Assembly: GCA_018650165.1 (NCBI GenBank)
Contig: JABIGM010000050.1
Coordinates: 32,001 to 96,000 of the forward strand
Source of the DNA: Methanobacteriota archaeon
Lineage (GTDB): Archaea; Thermoplasmatota; Poseidoniia; Poseidoniales; Poseidoniaceae
Direction of reading: 5' to 3'
Length of the DNA stretch: 64,000 nucleotides
The notes beneath the pieces are model-generated. The model was not told the origin of the DNA, searched no databases, and saw nothing but the letters and a program-made list of their open reading frames with translations. Positions 26,189 to 35,695 of the stretch are shown piece by piece (the first letter of the stretch is position 1; each line of letters begins with the position of its first letter). A program made the translations under genes and the position numbers.

Positions 26189-26761
26189 CTAATTTGGACC
26201 TGAAGGATGGGGGTCAGAGTGGGCTGAACTCGCAGGCTTTGCCGGTGAAGCATCTCCTCTATGGATCTCAGCCGCTGCTTGGATTGATTGAATTATTTGC
26301 TGATATCCTGTACAGCGACAAAGATTACCTTCGATAGCAGTTGATATCTCTGCATCGGTAGGATTAGGATTCTTATCGAGCAGTGCTTGAGAGGAAATTA
26401 AGAAACCAGGCGTACAAAAGCCACATTGGGAACCTCCATGCTCTGCAAAACATTGCTGAATCGGTGCGAGGTGAGCGCCATCAGCAAGCCCTTCAACTGT
26501 CGTGATTGTGCTGCCTTGTACATCTTGAGCCATGGTAAGGCAAGATAAACGTGGTTGGCCATCTACCATCACTGCGCAGCAACCACATGTCCCCATGTCA
26601 CAACCGCGCTTCACTCCGAGGCATCCAACTTTATCTCTAAGGACATCTAGTAAGACTGCATTAGAAGGGGCTAACACCTCTTGAGGTTGCCCATTAACCT
26701 CTGAGTTCCAAACTTTAGTATGTGCCGCTGGAATCATAGAAACATGCTCATCACCTACCAT
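26189..26761 (-). CDS. hcrC: Mo-hydroxylase 2x[2Fe-2S] subunit (HcrC/CoxS-like)
   Basis: GVKRGCDMGTCGCCAVMVDG...SCL; GSQCGFCTPG; GNLCRCTGY. Start uncertain (26761 or 26737). Confidence 0.85.
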   Translation of the reverse strand: MVGDEHVSMIPAAHTKVWNSEVNGQPQEVLAPSNAVLLDVLRDKVGCLGVKRGCDMGTCGCCAVMVDGQPRLSCLTMAQDVQGSTITTVEGLADGAHLAPIQQCFAEHGGSQCGFCTPGFLISSQALLDKNPNPTDAEISTAIEGNLCRCTGYQQIIQSIQAAAEIHRGDASPAKPASSAHSDPHPSGPN

Positions 26762-26856
26762 CTGAGACACCAACAACCCATGGGAAGTCGAATCACCCTT
26801 TCAGCGTTGGCACGATTGGATAATAATTTGAGATGATGAAAAACAATAGTTCTAGA

Positions 26857-28230
26857 TTATTTTCTTGATGAAACTACCGTGTAATCTTCTGACCCGGCCT
26901 TTGGATTATCCCAATCATCATCTCCCGGCAATACTAATCCATCTCCAATTGCTACCAAATCAAATGCTAGTTTAATTTGGTCGCTACAAAGTTTACTCCA
27001 ATCGAAGGATGGGTCTCTCCATTTCATCCACAATCGCATTCTTCTCCACGCGATTGTTCCTCTAGAATAGAGTTTCATCTGTAATTTACCAGCCATAGGC
27101 ATCCACCATAGCATCAACGGGAATACCGCATAAGCGGGAAGTGAAAACAGAAATTCGAGAGTTACACTATATTCTGCAAACTGGGCAATAGGACTTGTAT
27201 CTGAAAGTAAAGCCCAGGTGAATACACCTGCTGCAAGCATCCACCAGATTGGATAAACTACAAATGCAGTATAGAGTTTCAAAGCACCTCGGCTAGATTC
27301 TTTGAATCTTGGCCCAAATATTCTATCACCTGAAAATACCATTAGGTAGGGTGGAATTGAACCAATTATTGCACTCAAGGTAACAAACCCAACCATAAAT
27401 GACCATGCAAATAGCCACCACCAAATCGATATCAGAAATCCTTTACTCGTTACAGATTTTGGTCGAGAATCAACATGTCTCGGTTTGAGATTATAGGAAT
27501 CAAGTAGTTCGACGTGCTCTCTAGTGCGCTGTTCTAACGCCTTACTTTTTGCAGCATCGTTTAGTGCCAGCCATTCCCAGGCTGCTCTGACTCTTCTTGC
27601 ACCAAGTATGTCTTCTCCATAACTAGAGCGCTGTTTTAGATCGGGGGTTTTACGCAAGCGTTCAGCGCGAATAATTGAGCGAGCATTCCAAATTAATTCC
27701 CTATCATTCCAGTTCTCTCTTGAAAGTGATGCACGCGATATCTCACCTGAAATTATTTCGCTCAATCCTTCTACTGAGCCACTAATTTCTATAGGCCTTT
27801 CAACTGTCAGAGCGACCCGTTCACGGAAGTAAGACTTGCGGCTATAATGAATCCCGACTGGAATTACTACAGGCTTTTCATCACCAGCTAATTCATTGGC
27901 GCGTAATGCAATTTTCGCTGCACAATCTCGAATCGCTTTTGCACGGGGAAGGTCGTGAGATTCGCCCTCTGGAAATACAACTACACTTGACCCTGCAGCG
28001 ATTTGTGATGCGATTACTTCTAATTCCTCGTCATCATCTACCACTCCGTCGAATTTGACCTGGTCACCTCTTAGTAGCCCCTTGGTCAACATTTTATCAA
28101 ACAAGCCACCTGGGTGCCAAGATACGATAATTGAGCCTCTGTCTTTTGAAATGTTATCTGCATCTATTATGCTTATTTCACGAAACCACGTGGCCATCAA
28201 AACTCGACTAAACCAGTTTTGCAGCCCCAT
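26857..28230 (-). CDS. Lysophospholipid/glycerol-phosphate acyltransferase (PlsC/LPLAT superfamily) with C-terminal TM region
   Basis: IIVSWHPGGLFD (HX5D variant), VVVFPEGESH, VVIPVGIHY, plus several TMs. Start at ATG 28230. Confidence 0.75.
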   Translation of the reverse strand: MGLQNWFSRVLMATWFREISIIDADNISKDRGSIIVSWHPGGLFDKMLTKGLLRGDQVKFDGVVDDDEELEVIASQIAAGSSVVVFPEGESHDLPRAKAIRDCAAKIALRANELAGDEKPVVIPVGIHYSRKSYFRERVALTVERPIEISGSVEGLSEIISGEISRASLSRENWNDRELIWNARSIIRAERLRKTPDLKQRSSYGEDILGARRVRAAWEWLALNDAAKSKALEQRTREHVELLDSYNLKPRHVDSRPKSVTSKGFLISIWWWLFAWSFMVGFVTLSAIIGSIPPYLMVFSGDRIFGPRFKESSRGALKLYTAFVVYPIWWMLAAGVFTWALLSDTSPIAQFAEYSVTLEFLFSLPAYAVFPLMLWWMPMAGKLQMKLYSRGTIAWRRMRLWMKWRDPSFDWSKLCSDQIKLAFDLVAIGDGLVLPGDDDWDNPKAGSEDYTVVSSRK

Positions 28231-28322
28231 GATTGGTCCTGTGCGGCTGAGGCTTTCACTTCTCGCCCGTTTTAGCAATAAATAAGAGGGTTCAAACAGT
28301 ATTGCCGGTTCGAGCGAATCAG

Positions 28323-28340
28323 AGTACAACAACCTGTACT
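28323..28340. promoter_or_regulatory. Inverted repeat AGTACA-N6-TGTACT in the acyltransferase/S8 divergent promoter
   Basis: Perfect 6-bp arms, 28 nt upstream of ATG 28369. Confidence 0.3.
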
Positions 28341-28368
28341 ACAGATTCCTCCTAATGGCGGTGAAGTT

Positions 28369-30303
28369 ATGAACAACTACAAGCAAATTTTCAGTTTATT
28401 CGGAATTGCAATTCTTTTGGCGCCCTTGGCTGTTGCGACTGTTCCAGTTTCAACATCAACTAATGGTGATGAAGAGCCATTAGGATGGTGGACTGAGACA
28501 ACTGTTGACCGAAATAAAAACAAGGTTGGAGACATGGTTGAGCTTCATATCGACAATCCTATTTTCTTAGATGAAGAAAATACATTACCTTTGATTATCG
28601 ACTTTCACTATACACCTGGCCAAGATGAAATAGACATGCTAAGGGTTAGTGTAGATTATCAACATCAATTCATTCTCCACGGAATCGATGCACTAGCAGG
28701 AAGAGTCCCAGTAACTGAATTGCTTACACTGAGAGACCTTCCGGGAGTTGTAATGGTCGAATTAGATGGTGTCCTCACTATTGCAAATGCAGATGCTCGT
28801 GCTGGTCATGGCGTTGATATGGCATTCGAAGAAACCGGATATGATGGCTCGGGAACAACTGTTGCTATTATTGACACAGGCCTAGATGGCAATCATACCA
28901 GTATTGATGATCAAGACGATGACCCGGTGACTGATGACCCTAAAATTCTGGCATTCTATGATGCAGTTGCTAATGCTGGTAATACCAATGGCACTGATTT
29001 CCCATACGATGACCATGGACACGGTTCACACTGTGGAGGAACAACTGCAGGAACTGGAGCTCCTACCTACGAGCATGTAGGGATGGCACCTCAAGCCCAT
29101 CTAGTTGGCGTCAAAGTTCTCGATGGAGGTGGCTCAGGGTCTTTCGCTGGAGTTATGGCGGGGATGCAATGGACTATCGATACAATGCACCAATACAATA
29201 CAAGAGCCGCTTCTATGAGCCTAGGTGGCCCAGGTGGAATCGAATGGACTTCATCAGAAGAAGACAGTGTTAATCGCCAAGCCAATGAAATGGTACGCGC
29301 CGGTATTGCGCTATTTATTGCAGCCGGTAATACTGCATTTAGTGCCCAAATCGGAACTCCTGGTTCGGCTGAAGATGTAATCACCGTTGGTGCTTTAGAC
29401 AAGAATACTGCTATTGCAATTTATTCGAGCCAAGGCCCAACTGAAGAAGGGCGTGTCAAACCTAACATCGCATACATGGGTAGTGACATTATGTCTGTTG
29501 CAGCAAATACTGGCGACCAATACACCGGTATGAGCGGTACAAGTATGGCTACACCGGGAGCCGCTGGTGTTGGAGCATTGATGTTACAGGCGAACCCCGA
29601 TTTATCTCCATTCGATATTAGAAATATTATGCAAGAAACCGCTACATATCGACAATGTCATTACATGGGTGCAAATGAGCCTTGTCCTGAAGATTTGATC
29701 CCTAAAAATCGGCAAAACAATGTTTATGGCCACGGCCACGTCAATGCTCTTGAATCGGTAATAGAGGCTGCTGAATATCAGCAGCAATGGAACTTTGATC
29801 GCAATATTACCCTGAATGTAAGTAATTCATTGAATTCAAATGGCCATGTATACTTAGGCCCTGGAGATTCGATTGAGATAAGATTGAACCAAGGTGTAGA
29901 CACCGTCCAATGGATGAGCAATGATTTGAGAGATTCATGGTCTAACATTCATTCATACGACCACGGCAGCACGGTTATTCTCGAATATGATGAAATTGTT
30001 CACGAACTCGAACATCTCCCCGGAATTATGCTAGAAGGCAATCACACACTATCGATGAGAGGACTAGAGGGGACTAGTTCAAGTCCTTTGATTTCTATCG
30101 ACATTATGTTAGGTGAAAATATCCCAGTAGAAGATCCCGCAGAAGGTTCAACGAATTTCGTGCTATATGGTTCTGTAATTGCGGCCATATTACTTACAAT
30201 AATCATTCTTGCGGCGACATTAACCAATAGGAATGAATCTGAATTCAACACTAGTGACGACTCTGATATCCAAGAAGTGGTGGATGCTGAAATAATCTCC
30301 TAG
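28369..30303 (+). CDS. Secreted, membrane-anchored subtilisin-like S8 serine protease
   Basis: Signal peptide, prodomain, catalytic motifs IIDTG, HGHGSHCGG, AAGN, SGTSMATP; C-terminal TM. Confidence 0.93.
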   Translation: MNNYKQIFSLFGIAILLAPLAVATVPVSTSTNGDEEPLGWWTETTVDRNKNKVGDMVELHIDNPIFLDEENTLPLIIDFHYTPGQDEIDMLRVSVDYQHQFILHGIDALAGRVPVTELLTLRDLPGVVMVELDGVLTIANADARAGHGVDMAFEETGYDGSGTTVAIIDTGLDGNHTSIDDQDDDPVTDDPKILAFYDAVANAGNTNGTDFPYDDHGHGSHCGGTTAGTGAPTYEHVGMAPQAHLVGVKVLDGGGSGSFAGVMAGMQWTIDTMHQYNTRAASMSLGGPGGIEWTSSEEDSVNRQANEMVRAGIALFIAAGNTAFSAQIGTPGSAEDVITVGALDKNTAIAIYSSQGPTEEGRVKPNIAYMGSDIMSVAANTGDQYTGMSGTSMATPGAAGVGALMLQANPDLSPFDIRNIMQETATYRQCHYMGANEPCPEDLIPKNRQNNVYGHGHVNALESVIEAAEYQQQWNFDRNITLNVSNSLNSNGHVYLGPGDSIEIRLNQGVDTVQWMSNDLRDSWSNIHSYDHGSTVILEYDEIVHELEHLPGIMLEGNHTLSMRGLEGTSSSPLISIDIMLGENIPVEDPAEGSTNFVLYGSVIAAILLTIIILAATLTNRNESEFNTSDDSDIQEVVDAEIIS

Positions 30304-30363
30304 AATCGTAATTTCTCCATGTTTACCGGCTCAACATTGAAAAGCCGTTATGCAAAATCATAG

Positions 30364-33300
30364 ATGAGAAATATGTCTAATCTACCATCTCGGCCTCAAA
30401 GGCCGACAGGAAAACAGAATCTTTCTGCACGAATTGGAAACCTTTCTGCAAATGCAATCCTTGCACCTCCGGTGACTATGGGGACTGTTGGACAAGCACC
30501 AGTAAATGCGGTAAACTCTGGAATGCAAAAATTTGCTCAATTGATTCTATTTGCAATTGCAATGATTGCGATATGGGCAGGACTTCTCTCCATTGCCTTT
30601 GGTGGCGATGAACAAACCCAAATGAATTTCCTAGTCCTTGGAATTGGAGGAATTTTATCAGGTGTTTTGGCGATTAGCCTAGTCGAGTTTCAAGTTAGGA
30701 AGGGGGGAAATGAATTACAAAATGTCCACGATTATATGCTTGGAGTAGCATTTTTCTTCTTAGCAGTGGGCACTCTATGGGGCACTAGATGGCTTATTGG
30801 GTTCTTAGCGGGGCAAGAGGTACATTGGCTTATTCCCGAGGGAACAGACCCCTTGGATAGTGGCTGGATTCCATCTGCAAATGCAATATATTTGCAAATG
30901 GCTGCGACTTTAGCACTTGCTTTGGCACAGACATTCTACCTCATGCGACTGAAAGGAGTAACTACCTTTGGATGGTCAGTAACAACATTTACTCCTCTTG
31001 TAGTAGCCCTTATTGGTTCAAGCATCTGGATGGAGTGGTCAGATAACATAGTATCATGGGAGTTAGGTATCGCAATGATTTCATTAGCCTCGCTTTCGAT
31101 GTGGCTATCTCTACGTGCAAATAGTGGAATAATATTCTCGGTAGTAGCTGTAACCTCAGGCCTATTACCGATGCTCTACGAATATAATAACGAAGATGTA
31201 GGGTCGGGCGGAGCTCTCTCGCTTTTGGTATTCATCATTGCAGTACAGGGAATTCTAGCAGCAGATAGAAGGCTCCGGCAAGATTTGATGCAATGGACTT
31301 CAGCTTTATTAGTTGGAGAAGTTGTACTAGCAATGATACTTGCACGAGATGCAGATTTCGAATTGATTCTTGGACCAATTCGTCAATCGGAACTTGGATC
31401 TCTTGAACCATATCTCACATTACAAGTTGGTTTATGGATGACAGTACTAGTTGCATATTTCCCTGCAACTCTCAAGCGGAGAATTCCTTACATGCCAATA
31501 GGCCTAGCAGGCTCTCTATTCATAATCAGTTCATCCGCAGGCTTAATCCCATGGATTGTAACTTTGGTAATGCTACCGTACCTATTGGTGATATCCAAGG
31601 TCACAAGACAGTGGGTGGCCAATTGTACAATGATCGCTACTGGATTCTCCTTCTTCATACAATCACACTGGATGGGAGGATTTGAGCCAGGTTGGTTGGA
31701 AGCAACAATTCTGATTGTAGTCTTGGCTAGTGGGGAAGTTGGAAGACAAAAAGGCCACCTCTCCGACTGGGCACACTTCGTCACTTTGGGACTTTTAGTA
31801 ATTTCAAAATCCGTTCTATTTGGAGACGACCCGTATGTACCTTGGGCGATATTCATCTACGCTGTTGTTTCATCATACATGATGATGGTCAAATCCGAAG
31901 CAAATGGAAGCAAGCAAGATGCTTTCGAAGCTTCATCCGCTACTGCTGGCTCGATGGTCATTGCTGTAATCCTCTCTTTATTCGATAGACTGGAAGTCCC
32001 ACTCCCCTCAAATATTGCTGAAAATCTAGAAGGTTTCAATGTCACATTAGCATTAGTTGGTTTGATTGTATATGCATCGATGCGTAAATTCAGAACCATT
32101 GAATTAGACCTAGGTGTGATGTTTAATTGGGCTGAAGGAAAAAGAAAATCAATGATGCCGGTATTTGATACTACCACTAATTCATGGGTGGTTGATAATG
32201 GAGGCGCATCTAGTGAGCCTGCTGATTATTCATGGGGGCCACTGGGGCGAATGAGTCTTATTGGACCAATGATTCTCTTCACGGTAGCACTTACTGCAGT
32301 AGGGCCTACTAACTTAGCAGAAAATATCATCTGGACCCTCCTATTGATCATTCCAATTGGAATAATTGTAAAGGAAGTTCTAGACGAAGAGCGGGCTTCT
32401 TCAACGGGAAGAATGATTGCCACATTCACAATGATTGCTGTGGCCGCACCTATGGCCTTAAGTTTGAACTTGGCAAGAGGAGAAACTGACGGTTTGATTT
32501 ATTCTACTATTCTCTTTGATTTGATGCTACTTGCTGGGCCATTAGGAGTATCGGTTTTGCTATCTAAAAAGGGTCTCAATGATGATTCGCTTAATCGTAC
32601 AGCGGACATTGCCACTTTGATGGGGCTATTGGTCCTAGGATTATTCGATACCAGTGGTGGATTATTGTTCCTAACTATGTACATACTAGTATTCAGTAGA
32701 GCTGTGAAACATAGAGTTAATCTTGTATTATGCATAGCACCAATTGCTATACTATTATTCGGATTTGATTCATATGGAGATAGATTCGTTTCAGATGGTG
32801 CAATAGTTGGAGATATCTTATCCAAATTAGATATTATTTCTTACGACCCAAGTGAAATAACAATACTTGGGTTGAGTAGATTCTCATTCTTTGTTATGGC
32901 AACTACAAGTCTAATCATATTGGCACGAGGTGTGTTAGACCGTCAATATGGACTTGATGCAGGTGCCATTGAAGCGCCGATGACAGTACCTGCATTCTGG
33001 CTTACTCTTGGAATGTTTGGTGTATTACCCGAAGCGAGTTGGTTACTGTTAACAATGACAATATTAGTTACAATATACGCTTGGCTTGTTGGAAGAATTG
33101 AGATTATTCCATGGATACCAACCTTGGCGTTAATTTCATTCCTTATTGGATTCACAAATGATTCTAATTTCAGTCATTTCGATGGAGGAGATGTTTTTGC
33201 TCACAGTTTATTGGGAACTGGTTTATTCGCATTAACCCTCAATCAATTAAGTTCCAAAGGCTGGCTTTACAAATATGCTGATGAAGCGATTGATGATCAA

Positions 33301-34398
33301 CTTGCCACGGCTACAATTTTCAATTTGGTCACTATACAGAATCGTGAACGTCTGACTTCTGTTTTGCGTATTTGGACAATTGTAGGCCTCACCTTTTCGT
33401 GGACTGCGTTCAAGGGCATTGGTACGATGATTGGAGCAATATGGGCAACTTATGATACATTTGTAAATGGTCAAAAGTATGCGATATTAGCTATGCCATT
33501 ACTACATGCATTTGCAGTTTGGAATATGCTAGAACAATTCGAACAAAATGGAAACGTACAGGATGCTTTGGTCGGAACTGTTCTGATTCTAAGTGGTCTA
33601 TTGTTTACCCTAATTGCTTCTAAGGCCGAAATAGCATGGAATTGGGAAATATTTGATTGGAGCCATGAGAGTGAATACTACGGCTGGATAGATAGAGTCG
33701 GCCAATTAGGTATCACTTACTTCCTAATTGGAATAACATGGGCGATAGGTGAGGCTGACCAAGAAGGTATGCTATGGGCTATTTGGGCTGTATTCCTATC
33801 CGGAGTTGCAATTCAAGGATTCAGGGATGAAACTGAAACACCTTGGCGCAGAGGCATTGGCTCAATTGGCTGTATCTTTGCACTGTTCATGCTATCATTT
33901 ACCTTTGAAACTGACCTTTACCAATCCATCAATTGGATGTTCATGGGTGTTGTCGCACTAGGGTTTGGTTTTGCATATATCTCTCGAATGGGCGAGGTTT
34001 CAACACTGTATGATCAATCCTATACAGATGCTAAAGATGCAATCCAAATCGATTCTAATGATGGTGACAAATACGTAACAATACCTGAACCAATCACTGA
34101 AGAAACTGAAGAAATAGAGGAAGTAAACGAAGAGACTGTTGAAGATGAAGACGATCTTAGTGAAGATGAACTCGAGCAGGTGCTGGATGAAGTAGGTGAA
34201 GACGAAGATACACACACAGATGGAGAACCTGCGCCGCAATTACAGACTCCATTGCATTACAATTATGATTTGCAACTAGACCAAACGGTTCTTCATGCGA
34301 TTCAGTCATCCCTTGCAGCAACACCGCATGCAGGATTTAAACCGGTTGTTTCAATTGCGAAAAATGGGAATTTGAAAATTGATTTCATACCGCTTTGA
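30364..34398 (+). CDS. Very large polytopic membrane protein of unknown function
   Basis: 1344 aa, almost continuous hydrophobic helices (roughly 30 or more by eye); acidic linker and a small soluble C-terminal domain. Confidence 0.75.
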   Translation: MRNMSNLPSRPQRPTGKQNLSARIGNLSANAILAPPVTMGTVGQAPVNAVNSGMQKFAQLILFAIAMIAIWAGLLSIAFGGDEQTQMNFLVLGIGGILSGVLAISLVEFQVRKGGNELQNVHDYMLGVAFFFLAVGTLWGTRWLIGFLAGQEVHWLIPEGTDPLDSGWIPSANAIYLQMAATLALALAQTFYLMRLKGVTTFGWSVTTFTPLVVALIGSSIWMEWSDNIVSWELGIAMISLASLSMWLSLRANSGIIFSVVAVTSGLLPMLYEYNNEDVGSGGALSLLVFIIAVQGILAADRRLRQDLMQWTSALLVGEVVLAMILARDADFELILGPIRQSELGSLEPYLTLQVGLWMTVLVAYFPATLKRRIPYMPIGLAGSLFIISSSAGLIPWIVTLVMLPYLLVISKVTRQWVANCTMIATGFSFFIQSHWMGGFEPGWLEATILIVVLASGEVGRQKGHLSDWAHFVTLGLLVISKSVLFGDDPYVPWAIFIYAVVSSYMMMVKSEANGSKQDAFEASSATAGSMVIAVILSLFDRLEVPLPSNIAENLEGFNVTLALVGLIVYASMRKFRTIELDLGVMFNWAEGKRKSMMPVFDTTTNSWVVDNGGASSEPADYSWGPLGRMSLIGPMILFTVALTAVGPTNLAENIIWTLLLIIPIGIIVKEVLDEERASSTGRMIATFTMIAVAAPMALSLNLARGETDGLIYSTILFDLMLLAGPLGVSVLLSKKGLNDDSLNRTADIATLMGLLVLGLFDTSGGLLFLTMYILVFSRAVKHRVNLVLCIAPIAILLFGFDSYGDRFVSDGAIVGDILSKLDIISYDPSEITILGLSRFSFFVMATTSLIILARGVLDRQYGLDAGAIEAPMTVPAFWLTLGMFGVLPEASWLLLTMTILVTIYAWLVGRIEIIPWIPTLALISFLIGFTNDSNFSHFDGGDVFAHSLLGTGLFALTLNQLSSKGWLYKYADEAIDDQLATATIFNLVTIQNRERLTSVLRIWTIVGLTFSWTAFKGIGTMIGAIWATYDTFVNGQKYAILAMPLLHAFAVWNMLEQFEQNGNVQDALVGTVLILSGLLFTLIASKAEIAWNWEIFDWSHESEYYGWIDRVGQLGITYFLIGITWAIGEADQEGMLWAIWAVFLSGVAIQGFRDETETPWRRGIGSIGCIFALFMLSFTFETDLYQSINWMFMGVVALGFGFAYISRMGEVSTLYDQSYTDAKDAIQIDSNDGDKYVTIPEPITEETEEIEEVNEETVEDEDDLSEDELEQVLDEVGEDEDTHTDGEPAPQLQTPLHYNYDLQLDQTVLHAIQSSLAATPHAGFKPVVSIAKNGNLKIDFIPL

Positions 34399-34400
34399 AT

Positions 34401-35624
34401 CTAATCTTGCTCAGCAGGATAAGCGCCCCAATATGCTTCACGTGATGCTTGATTCGCAGCCATACAGGAATTGACATCACTACTACGAGAAGGTAGTGTA
34501 GAACTACCATTTAGATGATTGATCATCGGTTCGATATTTGACCAATTTAGAACACCCCACCCAACTTGAGTGCATGGTAAAATAGGACTAATCGGAGTTG
34601 TACCCCCTGTTGGGTCCCAGGTTGCTGCGGAGGGGTACCATCCTGAAAGATTCAAGGCATTGCGGATATCTGAATTAGAAATCTCAACATCTCCATCCAC
34701 GAGATATCCATCTCTGCCCCCGGAACTTGAATCATTGAATTCGGCTCTGAGTGTGGTCATGATGTGGCCCAAAAATCCGGCTGTTCGTGGTGTTGCAAAG
34801 GATGTTCCCGAAGTTTCATGATAGCCATCTGTATCCTGGTGATTGGGTAATGATTGTGTCCAATCTGACGCCATATCTGGGTAAGAACCAGACATTGTCT
34901 CTTTTTGGTCGTCATCCCCCTCTGCATATCCTGAAACTCCAATTGACCATGGCGGGCCTGCAGTGGCATCTTGTACTGCGGGTGAAGGTGAGTTATCAGC
35001 AGCGCCTGTGTGAATCTTGTGATTTTCGACCACAGCGATCTTGGTAGCATCTTCGATTCCAGGCACAGGTACTGAACCAGGTGCTCCAAATGAAGTTGTA
35101 ATGACATCTACCATTGGGTGGGTTCCAGCAGTAATAACGGCATTTTCACTAAAGCCTTCAACAAAGAAAATTATTGCATCGGGGTCGGCATCAAGAACGG
35201 CCCCTGTTACTGCAGTTCCATGACCATCATCCGGGTCATCAAGAATCATCGTGGGTGTACCACCATCAGGAGATTGTGCAAATATTCGTGTTCCAGGGAA
35301 ATATACAATATCGCTTGCAGTAATCGTATCCCAACAAGTTGTGCGATCGTTATCAACACGCTCTTGATAGGTTCCTTGGTTAGTTAAATTACAAATTATA
35401 GTTGTTCCCATGGCCTCAACAAACCAGTCTGGGAGAATCTCTTCGGTTTGGAAATGGTCGTGATAAGGATTTATTCCAGTATCGATAGGAGCTATCACGG
35501 TATAGGGTCTGAAGTTATCCCCATTCGCCATTTCTGTCTCTTTCGGTACGACTTCTTCTTCGCTGAAGCACCCTGCAAGACTAGCACTTGCCATCAAGAT
35601 GGCTAGCAGTAAGGCGCGAGACAT
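34401..35624 (-). CDS. S8-family peptidase, predicted lipoprotein
   Basis: Lipobox LAGC; IAPIDTG, DDGHGTAV, AADN, SGTSFATP. Confidence 0.8.
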   Translation of the reverse strand: MSRALLLAILMASASLAGCFSEEEVVPKETEMANGDNFRPYTVIAPIDTGINPYHDHFQTEEILPDWFVEAMGTTIICNLTNQGTYQERVDNDRTTCWDTITASDIVYFPGTRIFAQSPDGGTPTMILDDPDDGHGTAVTGAVLDADPDAIIFFVEGFSENAVITAGTHPMVDVITTSFGAPGSVPVPGIEDATKIAVVENHKIHTGAADNSPSPAVQDATAGPPWSIGVSGYAEGDDDQKETMSGSYPDMASDWTQSLPNHQDTDGYHETSGTSFATPRTAGFLGHIMTTLRAEFNDSSSGGRDGYLVDGDVEISNSDIRNALNLSGWYPSAATWDPTGGTTPISPILPCTQVGWGVLNWSNIEPMINHLNGSSTLPSRSSDVNSCMAANQASREAYWGAYPAEQD

Positions 35625-35695
35625 AGATTACCGCGGGAGCACCTCATTGAATAATCATCCGCCATAATGAAACACTCAATACACGTGGGATTAGC

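Noticed and set aside
26832-26892. Possible box C/D sRNA on the plus strand (ATGATGA...TGATGA...CTGA)
   Set aside because: D' is non-canonical (CTAG), the second guide is 17 nt, the C' and D boxes are simply the antisense of the acyltransferase C-terminal codons, and the AT-rich guide has no rRNA/tRNA target I can identify. Likely chance; snoscan or small-RNA data would settle it.
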